Part shown: piece by piece, positions 17,906 through 26,507 of the stretch | How positions within the stretch are numbered: the first letter of the stretch is position 1 | Layout: each line of letters opens with the position of its first letter | Assembly: GCA_016204585.1 (NCBI GenBank) | Contig: JACQKH010000051.1 | Span: 1-48,480, forward strand | Length of the DNA: 48,480 nucleotides | Direction of reading: 5' to 3' | Origin: Candidatus Kerfeldbacteria bacterium | GTDB lineage: Bacteria > Patescibacteriota > Patescibacteriia > SBBC01 | Program-made: the position numbers and the translations under genes | Notes under the pieces: model-generated | What the model was told of the DNA's origin: nothing | The model's input: only the letters and a program-made list of their open reading frames with translations | Database searches by the model: none

Positions 17906-19294
17906 TCATACCGCCACCCTCTTCTCTGGCGGGACCGCGCCGTTCGTTTTAGCCAGTCGCTTCTGTATTTCCGGTACAACTTTTTTGAAGTCAACGACTT
18001 CCTGAATTCCGCTTTCCATGTCGCGGATCAGAATAGTGTCATCCATCAGTTCTTTCTGACCAATGATTAGCGCGTACTTGACGCCCAATCGATTAGCCGT
18101 TTCCAACTGACCCTTCAGACTGTCCTTCGAAAACGACTCGGCCGCCCTAATCCCCAGCGTCCGCAGGGTGTCGTAAAGCTTCAAACTTTTCTTTCTGGCC
18201 GCCTCGCCTAATTGACCAAGGAAGATATCGGGGTGCCGGATGGGGGCGGGTACGTACTGACGTTCACGCATCCTCATCATTAAGCGCTCAACGCCGCCGG
18301 CAAAGCCAACCGCCGGCACCGGTCGGTTACCAAGTTGTTGGAGGAGGTCATCGTATCGCCCACCTCCACCCAGGTCGGTTTGACCGTAGTGATCTTCCAC
18401 TCCCTCGTCCATGATCTGCCACACCGTCCGGGTGTAATAATCGAGTCCGCGGACGATTCTGGGATTGAGCGTGTACGGCACTTCCAGTTCTCCTAAGTAC
18501 TCCAGTACGCGGACGAAATGGTCGCGGCACTGCTCACAGAGGTGATCGACGATCTGCGGCACGTCCTGGCTGACCGTATGACAATCCGGCTCCTTGCAAT
18601 CAAGAATCCGCAAAGGATTTTTCTGCAATCGCCGTTTGCAATCCTCACACAATGAATTCCGCCTAGTCCGAAAATACTCGGTCAGAATTTTCATGTAGTT
18701 CGGCCGACAGACCGAGTCGCCGAGGCTATTGATGTGGGCGGTAACTGGGACCGTCAGCGCTTTGTAGATAGATACGGCCAGATAGACTAGTTGGGCATCA
18801 ACCACCGGGTGAGCATCGCCGAGGACTTCGAACCCAAACTGCCAAAACTGGCGGTAGCGGCCGGCTTGCGGGCGGTCATGCCGGAAAAACGGGCCGAGGT
18901 AGTAGAGCCGGACTGGCTGCGGCCAGCTGATCAGGCCGTGCTCGAGGAAGGCGCGAGCCACTGGCGCCGTATTCTCCGGGCGAAGCGCGATCTTGTCACC
19001 GCTCTTATCAACGAACACGTACATCTCCTTTTCCACGATATCCGTTTCCTGACCGACTGTCCTAGTAAACAAGTTGGCCGCTTCGAGAATCGGTGTCTCG
19101 ATACGACTGAATCCCGCGCTGTGAGCGTTGTCCTCAACGACCGTGCGGATAGCGTCCCAATAAGGTTGATCGGCCGGCAATATATCCTTCATGCCCCGCA
19201 ACAACTGGGGTTGGCCCTTTACTTTCTCGAGCGGAGACGGCGGCTCAGGCGCGGTCTGGGTTTGGGGGGTAGTATTTTTTTGCTGAATCGGCAT
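17906..19294 (-). CDS. hisS: Histidine--tRNA ligase
   Basis: Class II aaRS motifs (LRPENTAPVAR, YYLGPFFRHDRPQAGRYRQFWQFG, GGGGRYDDL, GFAGGVERL). Start set to ATG 19292-19294 (MPIQQK), 17 nt after the lepB stop. Confidence 0.93.
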   Translation of the reverse strand: MPIQQKNTTPQTQTAPEPPSPLEKVKGQPQLLRGMKDILPADQPYWDAIRTVVEDNAHSAGFSRIETPILEAANLFTRTVGQETDIVEKEMYVFVDKSGDKIALRPENTAPVARAFLEHGLISWPQPVRLYYLGPFFRHDRPQAGRYRQFWQFGFEVLGDAHPVVDAQLVYLAVSIYKALTVPVTAHINSLGDSVCRPNYMKILTEYFRTRRNSLCEDCKRRLQKNPLRILDCKEPDCHTVSQDVPQIVDHLCEQCRDHFVRVLEYLGELEVPYTLNPRIVRGLDYYTRTVWQIMDEGVEDHYGQTDLGGGGRYDDLLQQLGNRPVPAVGFAGGVERLMMRMRERQYVPAPIRHPDIFLGQLGEAARKKSLKLYDTLRTLGIRAAESFSKDSLKGQLETANRLGVKYALIIGQKELMDDTILIRDMESGIQEVVDFKKVVPEIQKRLAKTNGAVPPEKRVAV

Positions 19295-19311
19295 TACTGG
19301 ATTGTTACTTC

Positions 19312-19968
19312 TTAATCTGAATACTTTGGCGACGAGAAAATGCTCAAACGCGTGACTGGCCACGCCCGCACCCAGGCGCGGCCGACGATGTTCCGCTTCT
19401 CCACCGGACCAAGGTACCGAGAGTCAAGACTGGAATCACGATTGTCGCCCAAGACGAAAAATTCGTTCGGCCCGAGCTTTACGTCCAAGGTGCCGTGGGT
19501 TCGCACATCCGGCGTGAGGTAGGATGATTCGTCAATGGTAAACCCGTTCGGGTTATCCCCGTTGTAAATGTTTACTCCACTGTTGATTATCTCGACCCGC
19601 TCCCCCGGCAGCCCGATTACCCGTTTGATGAGGAAATCCGATTCGCGGCGGGGGTTACGGATGACCACCACGTCGCCGCGGTTGGGCGCGTGAAAACGAT
19701 AGGAAACCTCGTCAATCACCAGGTACTCGTTGTCATAGAAATTTGGTTCCATTGAGGCACCCTTGACGTAGAACGGTTGGATCAGGAAGTACCGGACCGG
19801 AATGATGATGGCCAGCGCGATCACGACCACCTTCGCCACTTCCACCACAAACGAGCCGACCGATTCGGTAAAGCTCGGCACCACGTTGGCGTGGCGCTGC
19901 AGCGGTCGCCGCGGCGGATTAGAAAATTCCGGTTTCGGCGTTGTCTTCGGATTACTGTTCATTACCAT
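19312..19968 (-). CDS. lepB: Signal peptidase I
   Basis: GASMEPNF (catalytic Ser box), KRVIGLPGE (Lys box), GDNRDSSLDSR. Confidence 0.93.
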   Translation of the reverse strand: MVMNSNPKTTPKPEFSNPPRRPLQRHANVVPSFTESVGSFVVEVAKVVVIALAIIIPVRYFLIQPFYVKGASMEPNFYDNEYLVIDEVSYRFHAPNRGDVVVIRNPRRESDFLIKRVIGLPGERVEIINSGVNIYNGDNPNGFTIDESSYLTPDVRTHGTLDVKLGPNEFFVLGDNRDSSLDSRYLGPVEKRNIVGRAWVRAWPVTRLSIFSSPKYSD

Positions 19969-20051
19969 TTTTCACTACCTACTGTTAGTTTCCGATTTAT
20001 CAGACCTTCCTGGAGGAGTGAACCCCTCGGCCATCCTCTAGCCATCACTGC

Positions 20052-20100
20052 TGGCCACTGCCCCGCCCGCGGCGGGACGACCTCGCCGATCTACCCGCTC
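20052..20100 (-). pseudogene. 3' remnant of a third tRNA-Val copy (T arm replaced by a CCCGCC-GCG-GGCGGG hairpin)
   Basis: The 13-nt CGACCTCGCCGAT (20088-20100) equals 20198-20210 of the intact inner tRNA-Val. TGGCCACTG (20062-20070) equals 20174-20182. The 15-nt T arm between them is replaced by 17 nt of GC hairpin. Confidence 0.45.
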
Positions 20101-20112
20101 GCTGGTGGTCGC

Positions 20113-20297
20113 ACCTGGGCTCGAACCAGGGACCTTACGGACCCGCCTGCCAAAGCGGACTGGTGGCCACTGCTGGATTCGAACCAGCGACCTCGCCGAT
20201 GTGAACGGCGCGCTCTAACCAGCTGAGCTAAGTGGCCGCGGCGGGCAGGTGTGAACCGTACGCTCTAACCAACTGAGCTATGCGACCGTGGCGTAAA
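20113..20297 (-). tRNA. Interrupted tRNA-Val(CAC): two perfect halves separated by 108 nt at position 37/38
   Basis: 5' half (20297-20260) is GGTCGCA-TA-GCTC-AGTTGGTTA-GAGC-G-TACGG-TTCACA. 3' half (20151-20113) is T-CCGTA-AGGTC-CCTGG-TTCGAGC-CCAGG-TGCGACC-A-CCA. All four stems are fully Watson-Crick. Whether it is functional or a pseudogene is unknown. Confidence 0.55.
20171..20247 (-). tRNA. tRNA-Val(CAC), intact, CCA encoded
   Basis: GGCCACT-TA-GCTC-AGCTGGTTA-GAGC-G-CGCCG-TTCACAT-CGGCG-AGGTC-GCTGG-TTCGAAT-CCAGC-AGTGGCC-A-CCA is a perfect cloverleaf. Confidence 0.88.
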
Positions 20298-20438
20298 AAT
20301 TTGAGAAGCGCCCCCTGCCCCGCACTTGCGAGCGTTAACGAGTATAGTTCGGGGTAACCAACTGCTTGCCCCGTACCACCCCGACCTCTCGGCCGCGAGC
20401 TCGAAGCCGAGCGGGCATAGTCGAGGGGTTGGTGCAGG

Positions 20439-20451
20439 GAGCTAAGTGGCC
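20439..20451 (-). pseudogene. 5' remnant (acceptor + D-stem, GGCCACTTAGCTC) of the third tRNA-Val copy
   Basis: 13-nt exact match to 20235-20247, which is positions 1-13 of the inner tRNA-Val. Confidence 0.4.
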
Positions 20452-20675
20452 AAGCATCTTCCAGTGCCGTCAATTTAATAATTGCAATAATTGCTAAGAT
20501 AAGCGCAAAACATGGACATGATACCATCTTTTTTCAGAAAAATCAAGCTTCCTAAAGCAATACAGTTGATTTTGTGAACTGGGACGAATCAAAGAGCACT
20601 GATCAATCACAAAAGGGGCTATTGACGATAATTCCACGGCTACCCTATACTTTCCCCAACGGCACGCACTTACCC

Positions 20676-22163
20676 ATGCCGATTCAGGGTTTGCAAAAAC
20701 TTCCCGCCGAACGCGACCAGACAAACAATCAGGAACCGCCAAAACGACGGCGTTCTTGGTGGTGGTGGAAAATCACCACCGCCCTCGTATTGGTCGTGAT
20801 TGGCTTCATCGGTTTGGTTGGCTACCGACTGTTGTCGGCGGTCAATACGACCAGCAATGGAAACAAGCGCCTGTCCGTTTTCGCGCAGCTCGGCCACCTC
20901 GTCCGCAACCGCGACGCCCAGCTCCGCGGCGAAGCGCCGGATCGAGTTAACGTCCTTCTTCTAGGCATCGGCGGAGAAGGGCATGAGGGCCCCTTACTCA
21001 CGGACACCATCATCCTGGCTAGCCTGAAACCTTCAACCGGACAAGTGGCGCTCCTGTCCATCCCGCGCGACCTGGCCGTTGCCATCCCAAAGTACGGTAT
21101 CCGAAAAATCAACAACGCCAACGCCCTTGGTAAAGAGCTCAAATATCCCGGCGGCGGGGAACAACTCGCCTCAGAACTAGTTGCCAACGTCACCGGTCAA
21201 CCCATCCATTACTTCGGTCAAATCGACTTCGCCGGTTTCATGAACATCGTCGACGACCTCGGCGGCATCGAGGTCAATGTGGAGCAGCCGTTCACCGACC
21301 GCGAGTATCCGACGCCGAACTTCGGATACCAAACCATCCGCTTCGATGCGGGCCGACAACCAATGGACGGGGCAACCGCGCTGAAGTTTGTCCGCTCTCG
21401 ACACGGCAGCAACGGCGAAGGTTCTGATTTCGCCCGCAGTCGGCGCCAGCAGCTGGTGCTCGAAGCTATCGGCGACAAAATCTTCTCCTTCGGCACGTTT
21501 TTGAACCCGGTCAAGGTCGGGAATGTCCTGGGTTCGCTCGGTAGCCACACCGGTACGAACATGGAGGTCTGGGAACTACTGCGGCTGGCCCGACTGTCGC
21601 GTAAGGGAACGCCCTCGATTATCACTCGGGTGCTCGACAGCGGTCCGACCGGTGCGCTCAAGAACGTCACTGGTGCCGACGGCGCCTTCTTACTCCAGCC
21701 AAAGGACGAGACCTTTGCCGATATTCGCATTATTGCCCGAGACATTTTCATCGAGCCGCAGTACGTAATGGAGAATGCAAAAATTACTATCGCCAACACG
21801 ACCAGTCGGCTCAGTTCATCTAAAACTCTGGCCGCCACCCTCGAATCCCTCGGCTATCCGAAGGCATCCGTGTTTGAGTTAAGCAAGTTTGAAGCGGCTG
21901 AACCAATTCGCCTGGTTGATTATTCCGGCGGTCGCAAGCCGTACACCGTGGCTGGACTGGAAGATTTTTTTGGCGTCAAAAGTCTGACCACCGCCTCCCC
22001 TCTCCTGGATCCCGCCTTCCTGGCTAATACTTCAATCGGCGTCAATTCCTCGGTTAGTGATTTACCGGACCAACCACCAGATACGGACATCTTGATCGTC
22101 GTTGGGCCAGACTACCTAGATAAGCAGCTGGCAAAAAAACAGACCTCGTTTCGCGCCAGATGA
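20676..22163 (+). CDS. LytR-CpsA-Psr (LCP) family cell-envelope phosphotransferase
   Basis: N-terminal TM segment, then LLLGIGGEGHEGPLLTDTIILASL, LLSIPRDL, IRKINNANA, FAGFMNIVDDLGGIEV, LKFVRSRH, DFARSRRQQ. ATG 20676 is preferred over the GTG at 20574. Confidence 0.88.
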   Translation: MPIQGLQKLPAERDQTNNQEPPKRRRSWWWWKITTALVLVVIGFIGLVGYRLLSAVNTTSNGNKRLSVFAQLGHLVRNRDAQLRGEAPDRVNVLLLGIGGEGHEGPLLTDTIILASLKPSTGQVALLSIPRDLAVAIPKYGIRKINNANALGKELKYPGGGEQLASELVANVTGQPIHYFGQIDFAGFMNIVDDLGGIEVNVEQPFTDREYPTPNFGYQTIRFDAGRQPMDGATALKFVRSRHGSNGEGSDFARSRRQQLVLEAIGDKIFSFGTFLNPVKVGNVLGSLGSHTGTNMEVWELLRLARLSRKGTPSIITRVLDSGPTGALKNVTGADGAFLLQPKDETFADIRIIARDIFIEPQYVMENAKITIANTTSRLSSSKTLAATLESLGYPKASVFELSKFEAAEPIRLVDYSGGRKPYTVAGLEDFFGVKSLTTASPLLDPAFLANTSIGVNSSVSDLPDQPPDTDILIVVGPDYLDKQLAKKQTSFRAR

Positions 22164-22744
22164 ACTTTGCCGTCATTATCGGTTTGGGCAATCCCGGACC
22201 GCCATACGATCGCTCTCGTCATAACATCGGTTGGCGCGTGCTCGACCAGCTAGTGACCGCTGACCAAAATAAATGGTCTTCGTGGAAACTAGAGAAAGAC
22301 GCCATCGTCACACACCGAACTTACATGAACACAAAAATCTTTGCTCTTAAACCGCAGACCTTCATGAACGACAGCGGCGCTGCGGTTTCGCGATTCGTAA
22401 TTTTTTATAAAGTCCGGCTGGATCGACTGTGGGTGGTTCACGATGACGTTGACCTGCCGTTCGGCGAACTTCGTTCGGCCTTTGACCGCGGCTCAGCCGG
22501 GCACCGGGGCGTCGAGTCAATCACCGAGCATCTTGGATCACAGGCGTTCAATCGACTGCGCATCGGTGTGGGCTCGAACCGAGCGATTGGTATGGCCAGC
22601 GAGGACTACGTTCTCCAACCCTTTACCGATGAGGAAGAGCAACAGCTCGTTGGTAAAGATGGAGTAATTGCCAAAGCCGTTGACTTGCTTTCACGACAAT
22701 TGGTATCGCTGACGCATGAGCATAAAAAAGAAGACGGGGCGTAG
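22160..22744 (+). CDS. pth: Peptidyl-tRNA hydrolase
   Basis: IIGLGNPGPPYDRSRHNIGW, FMNDSG, HDDVDLPFG, GHRGVESI. The ATGA overlaps the LCP stop. Confidence 0.95.
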   Translation: MNFAVIIGLGNPGPPYDRSRHNIGWRVLDQLVTADQNKWSSWKLEKDAIVTHRTYMNTKIFALKPQTFMNDSGAAVSRFVIFYKVRLDRLWVVHDDVDLPFGELRSAFDRGSAGHRGVESITEHLGSQAFNRLRIGVGSNRAIGMASEDYVLQPFTDEEEQQLVGKDGVIAKAVDLLSRQLVSLTHEHKKEDGA

Positions 22745-23069
22745 AGATGGATGTTTACCACGTGCGCCCCGGCGGGAGTCTCCCAGTTAAGGCCATGTTT
22801 AAGCCCCCAAGAGCCCCGGACGATCAACGGGCGAAATACGACTGTGAGCTGTGGGCCGCGCACAGCGTGATCGCAATCGCATCCGCCCCGCGAAACAGGA
22901 GAGCATGGTGACACTACCAGATCGCACAAGACGCAATTTGCCGGCCGCTTGATACGACTGTTCCATGCCTCCCACAACTTTGTACCCACAATTCTACTTA
23001 CAAGCGTAAGATCTCACCCGAAAACGAATGAAACCTTAACTTGTGGCTACTTAAGGAACTTAGGAGGGG

Positions 23070-23264
23070 TTGTCCCTCGTTCACCGCTTGCAAGTAGGAC
23101 CGTGGGTACAGGATAAAAACGATCGGTTTTCAACGATTTTTCTGCGACAGAATACCTTAGCAAAACATCCAAAACGTGTCAAGAGGACATGGCCAGGTCA
23201 TTATGATTTGTTGGCCTGGACGGAACCAATGCCTCTCAGCTCTTCCAGTAACCACGCCGTATGA
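23070..23264 (+). CDS. Possible 64-aa basic protein translationally coupled to mfd (weak call)
   Basis: TTG start only 2 nt after AGGAGG (too close). Its stop overlaps the mfd ATG (ATGA at 23261-23264). I recognise no motif. Confidence 0.2.
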   Translation: MSLVHRLQVGPWVQDKNDRFSTIFLRQNTLAKHPKRVKRTWPGHYDLLAWTEPMPLSSSSNHAV

Positions 23265-26200
23265 AAAAAACTGAAGTAACGACAACGGATACGACCCTTC
23301 TTTTTGGAAAAGGAGAGCATGCCGCCTCTCTTCCACCTCTACCCGCCAATGGATCTAGCGTCCTACGGGTGTCTGGAGTTGGGCCACTTAGCGCCAAGAC
23401 GTTCCTGGTGGCCAAGTCCATTAACAACGACCGTCTCAAAACCAGAATCTGGCTTACTAACGACGAAACCGAGGCCGAGGTAATTGCCGAACAACTGAAG
23501 TTTTGGAAGTCCCGATTCACTGACCCTTTGTTCTTGACCGAGGCCGAGCTGCCGAGAATCCTGCGCCGTTTGTCGGTCGGAGAAAAACTCCTATTGGTAT
23601 CGAGCGTCAGCAGTTTTGAACGATCGGTCTTACCACGCCCAGCCTTCCACGACACCAGCATTGAACTCAGGGTCGGTGAGGTACGGAAACCGGGAGAAGT
23701 CAGCCAGGAGCTGTCCCAACGCGGTTACGGTTACGAGGGAACAGCCGCGGTCGAGGGAACGTTCGCGCGGCGCGGCGGCGTTCTTGATATCTTTCCAATT
23801 GATGGGCGTCATCCTTTTCGCTGCGAGTTCGACGGCAATACGCTCGCCAGCATCACCGTCATCGAGGGCCGGAAAAAAACAACTAAGCTCTCGCAAGCGC
23901 TGATCACGCCGGCCAAGCTGGCGACTAGTTCGGGAGCAGTACTATTTTCCTACCTCAATCCGGAAGAAACGCTCTTTATCTTGTCCGATCCGGACCAGCT
24001 GGCCGCTGTTGCGCCGCGCTGGGAACACTGGGAAGAAGTTCTGCGGCCCTACCGAGCAGTCATCTTCGAAACCTTCGGTGGAGAAGAAACGGTCCAGGTC
24101 GATTTCCACCAAGCGCCGTTCTTCCACCGTGACTACCGGGCCCTAGCGCATGACCTCAAACGCTACCGCCAAGAAGGCTGGGAAGTTGGAATCGCCACCG
24201 CCCGGCGGCCGGAAGTCGGGGAACTCTTTGGCCACCTCAAAATCCCGCTGCCGGCGATACATGAACTTCGGAGGTCGCGCGCCCTCCTGACTGGGTTCAG
24301 TGCGATGCAGGAAAAAATCCTGTTCCTGACTGATCAAGAAATTTTCGGTCGGAGCGAAGCCAAAGGCCGGGCTAGCGGAAAAGAAAAAGTCGATCTGGCC
24401 TTCCTGGCCGAACTGAAAGCGGGCGACTACGTCACGCACCTCGATCATGGAATTGGCCGGTTTTTGGGGATGACAAAGCAGCAGATTGACGGTCACGAGC
24501 GCGAGTACTTCACCCTCGAGTACACCGGCGGAGACAAACTCTTCGTCCCCGTCGAGGCGGCCGATAAAATTTCAAAATACATCGGCGTGGCTAACCCCAA
24601 ACTGCACCGTCTGTCTGGTTCAAACTGGTACCAAGTAACTCAGAAAATCAAGGCCGAAGCCATGGCGCTGGCTCAGGAGCTCCTGAAACTTTACGCCAAG
24701 CGGGCGACCGCGCACGCCACCCCACTCAATGGCACGACCGACGTCGAGGAGCGGCTGGCCAGCTCCTTCCAATACGAGGAGACCGAGGATCAGGCTGCCG
24801 CGATTGACGACGTGTTCAGAGACCTGGGGCAGCAAACGCCGATGGATCGTTTAGTTTGCGGCGACGTCGGTTTCGGAAAAACAGAGGTGGCGATTAGGGC
24901 GGCGGTCCGGGCGGCGGTCCGGGGAAAACAAGTGGCGGTGCTCTCGCCGACGACCATTCTGACGCAGCAACACTACGACACCTTCGTGATCAGACTCCAG
25001 GGCTTATCGCTCAGAACTGAACTCTTGAGTCGCTTTCGAAACGCCAAGGAACAACAACAAACTGTCGCCAGGCTGGCCGCCGGGGACGTTGATATCGTCA
25101 TCGGTACCCACCGACTGCTCTCCGACGACGTAACCTTCAAAGATCTGGGCCTCATCATCATCGATGAGGAACAACGCTTCGGCGTCAAAGACAAGGAACG
25201 CCTTAAGGAACTCCGGCAGCAAGCTCACGTCCTAACGCTGACCGCTACCCCGATTCCGCGCACGCTCAACTTCGCCCTGTCCGGCATTCGGGACGTCAGC
25301 ATCATCGAGACTCCGCCGGAAGGTCGATTACCGATCGACACGCAGATTCAGCCGTATTCGGACGCTACCGTCGTGGCGGCAATCCGCAAAGAACTTAGCC
25401 GCCAGGGACAAGTCTACTACGTTTACAATAACGTCGAGACTATCGAGCTGACTTTGAAACGGTTGAAGCGGCTTGTCCCGGAAGCGCGGTACGCCATCGC
25501 CCATGGGCAAATGGACGAACACGAACTCTCGTCGGTGATGGCCGATTTCGACACGGGTCAGGTCGACATCCTTGTTTGTTCCACCATCATCGAGAACGGC
25601 CTCGACCTGCCGAACGTCAACACCCTGATCGTCGACAACGCTGGTCGTTTCGGCCTGGCCCAGCTCTACCAACTCCGTGGCCGGATCGGCCGCGGAGCGC
25701 GGCAGGCCTACGCTTATTTCCTCTACCACTCCGCCAAGCTCACGGCCGGACCGCGGAAACGCCTGCAAGCCCTGTCCGAAGCGCGCGAACTGGGCGCTGG
25801 CTTCCAGCTGGCCCTCCGCGACCTCGAGATCCGCGGCACCGGCAGCATTCTCGGGAAGGAGCAGCACGGGCAGGTCGCGGCCATCGGCCTTAATCTTTAT
25901 ACCCGTCTCCTATCGCAGGCGATTGAAGAACTCAAGACCGGCATCAAGCAGGAGCCGCTCCGCGACATTATCATTGACCTGCCCCTTGACATCGCCATAC
26001 CGAAGACACTCATTCCGTCCGAGCCGAAACGGCTTAAGCTCTACCAGGAGATGGCGAACTTTGTGCGCATTGCCAACCTTCACGAATTCAAGAAAAAAAC
26101 GTTCGGCCACAAACATTTGCCGACCCCGCTCAACAACCTGTTCGATCTCTTGGAGATCCGCTTGCTGGCGCAGCCGACCGCCATCTCCAGCATTGTTATC

Positions 26201-26449
26201 AATACCTCGACGGTTGATAGTGTCGCTCGACGAAAACTGACTATCGAATTTTCCGACACCATCACCCCGAACATGATCGGTAAACTCCTAGCCAAAAACC
26301 CAAAATGGGATTTTACAACCAGGTTGGTCAAGATTGACTTCGATCAGCTCGGCCCTAGTTGGTTGCGCGATTTAAAGTCGTGTGTTAAAGTGTTTCAGAA
26401 GGAACCGGAACCGCTGAAGAAACCCGAAGAAACGCCGGTCAAAACCTGA
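23261..26449 (+). CDS. mfd: Transcription-repair coupling factor Mfd
   Basis: 1062 aa. Helicase motifs GDVGFGKTEVA, DEEQRFGV, TATPIPRT, QLRGRIGR. CarD-like segment GDYVTHLDHGIGRF. Confidence 0.95.
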   Translation: MKKTEVTTTDTTLLFGKGEHAASLPPLPANGSSVLRVSGVGPLSAKTFLVAKSINNDRLKTRIWLTNDETEAEVIAEQLKFWKSRFTDPLFLTEAELPRILRRLSVGEKLLLVSSVSSFERSVLPRPAFHDTSIELRVGEVRKPGEVSQELSQRGYGYEGTAAVEGTFARRGGVLDIFPIDGRHPFRCEFDGNTLASITVIEGRKKTTKLSQALITPAKLATSSGAVLFSYLNPEETLFILSDPDQLAAVAPRWEHWEEVLRPYRAVIFETFGGEETVQVDFHQAPFFHRDYRALAHDLKRYRQEGWEVGIATARRPEVGELFGHLKIPLPAIHELRRSRALLTGFSAMQEKILFLTDQEIFGRSEAKGRASGKEKVDLAFLAELKAGDYVTHLDHGIGRFLGMTKQQIDGHEREYFTLEYTGGDKLFVPVEAADKISKYIGVANPKLHRLSGSNWYQVTQKIKAEAMALAQELLKLYAKRATAHATPLNGTTDVEERLASSFQYEETEDQAAAIDDVFRDLGQQTPMDRLVCGDVGFGKTEVAIRAAVRAAVRGKQVAVLSPTTILTQQHYDTFVIRLQGLSLRTELLSRFRNAKEQQQTVARLAAGDVDIVIGTHRLLSDDVTFKDLGLIIIDEEQRFGVKDKERLKELRQQAHVLTLTATPIPRTLNFALSGIRDVSIIETPPEGRLPIDTQIQPYSDATVVAAIRKELSRQGQVYYVYNNVETIELTLKRLKRLVPEARYAIAHGQMDEHELSSVMADFDTGQVDILVCSTIIENGLDLPNVNTLIVDNAGRFGLAQLYQLRGRIGRGARQAYAYFLYHSAKLTAGPRKRLQALSEARELGAGFQLALRDLEIRGTGSILGKEQHGQVAAIGLNLYTRLLSQAIEELKTGIKQEPLRDIIIDLPLDIAIPKTLIPSEPKRLKLYQEMANFVRIANLHEFKKKTFGHKHLPTPLNNLFDLLEIRLLAQPTAISSIVINTSTVDSVARRKLTIEFSDTITPNMIGKLLAKNPKWDFTTRLVKIDFDQLGPSWLRDLKSCVKVFQKEPEPLKKPEETPVKT

Positions 26450-26459
26450 AAATCTGGGT

Positions 26460-26479
26460 GGCGCATGACAAAATGCGCC
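26460..26479. terminator. Hairpin between convergent mfd and the 26508-26903 gene
   Basis: GGCGCAT-GACAAA-ATGCGCC followed by CTTTCAACATTTTCTT on the plus strand. Confidence 0.5.
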
Positions 26480-26507
26480 CTTTCAACATTTTCTTAAAGC
26501 AAACCGG

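Noticed and set aside
19969-20573. Divergent strand switch: all genes to the left are on the minus strand and nearly all genes for 10 kb to the right are on the plus strand. An AT-rich tandem AATAATTGC AATAATTGC lies at about 20478-20496. This could mark a replication origin.
   Set aside because: I could not find DnaA boxes here. A strand switch alone is weak evidence. A cumulative GC-skew computation over the whole contig is needed.
20228-20742. ORFs 20228-20527(-), 20494-20742(-), 19777-20226(+), 37246-37497(+) and 40543-41115(+).
   Set aside because: They run through tRNA genes, tRNA remnants or promoter/terminator structures, and have no translation signals.
22606-22989. 127-aa minus-strand ORF spanning the pth 3' end and the following gap.
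   Set aside because: It overlaps pth by about 140 nt on the opposite strand. It is Cys/Ser-rich with no start signals and looks like an antisense or chance ORF.
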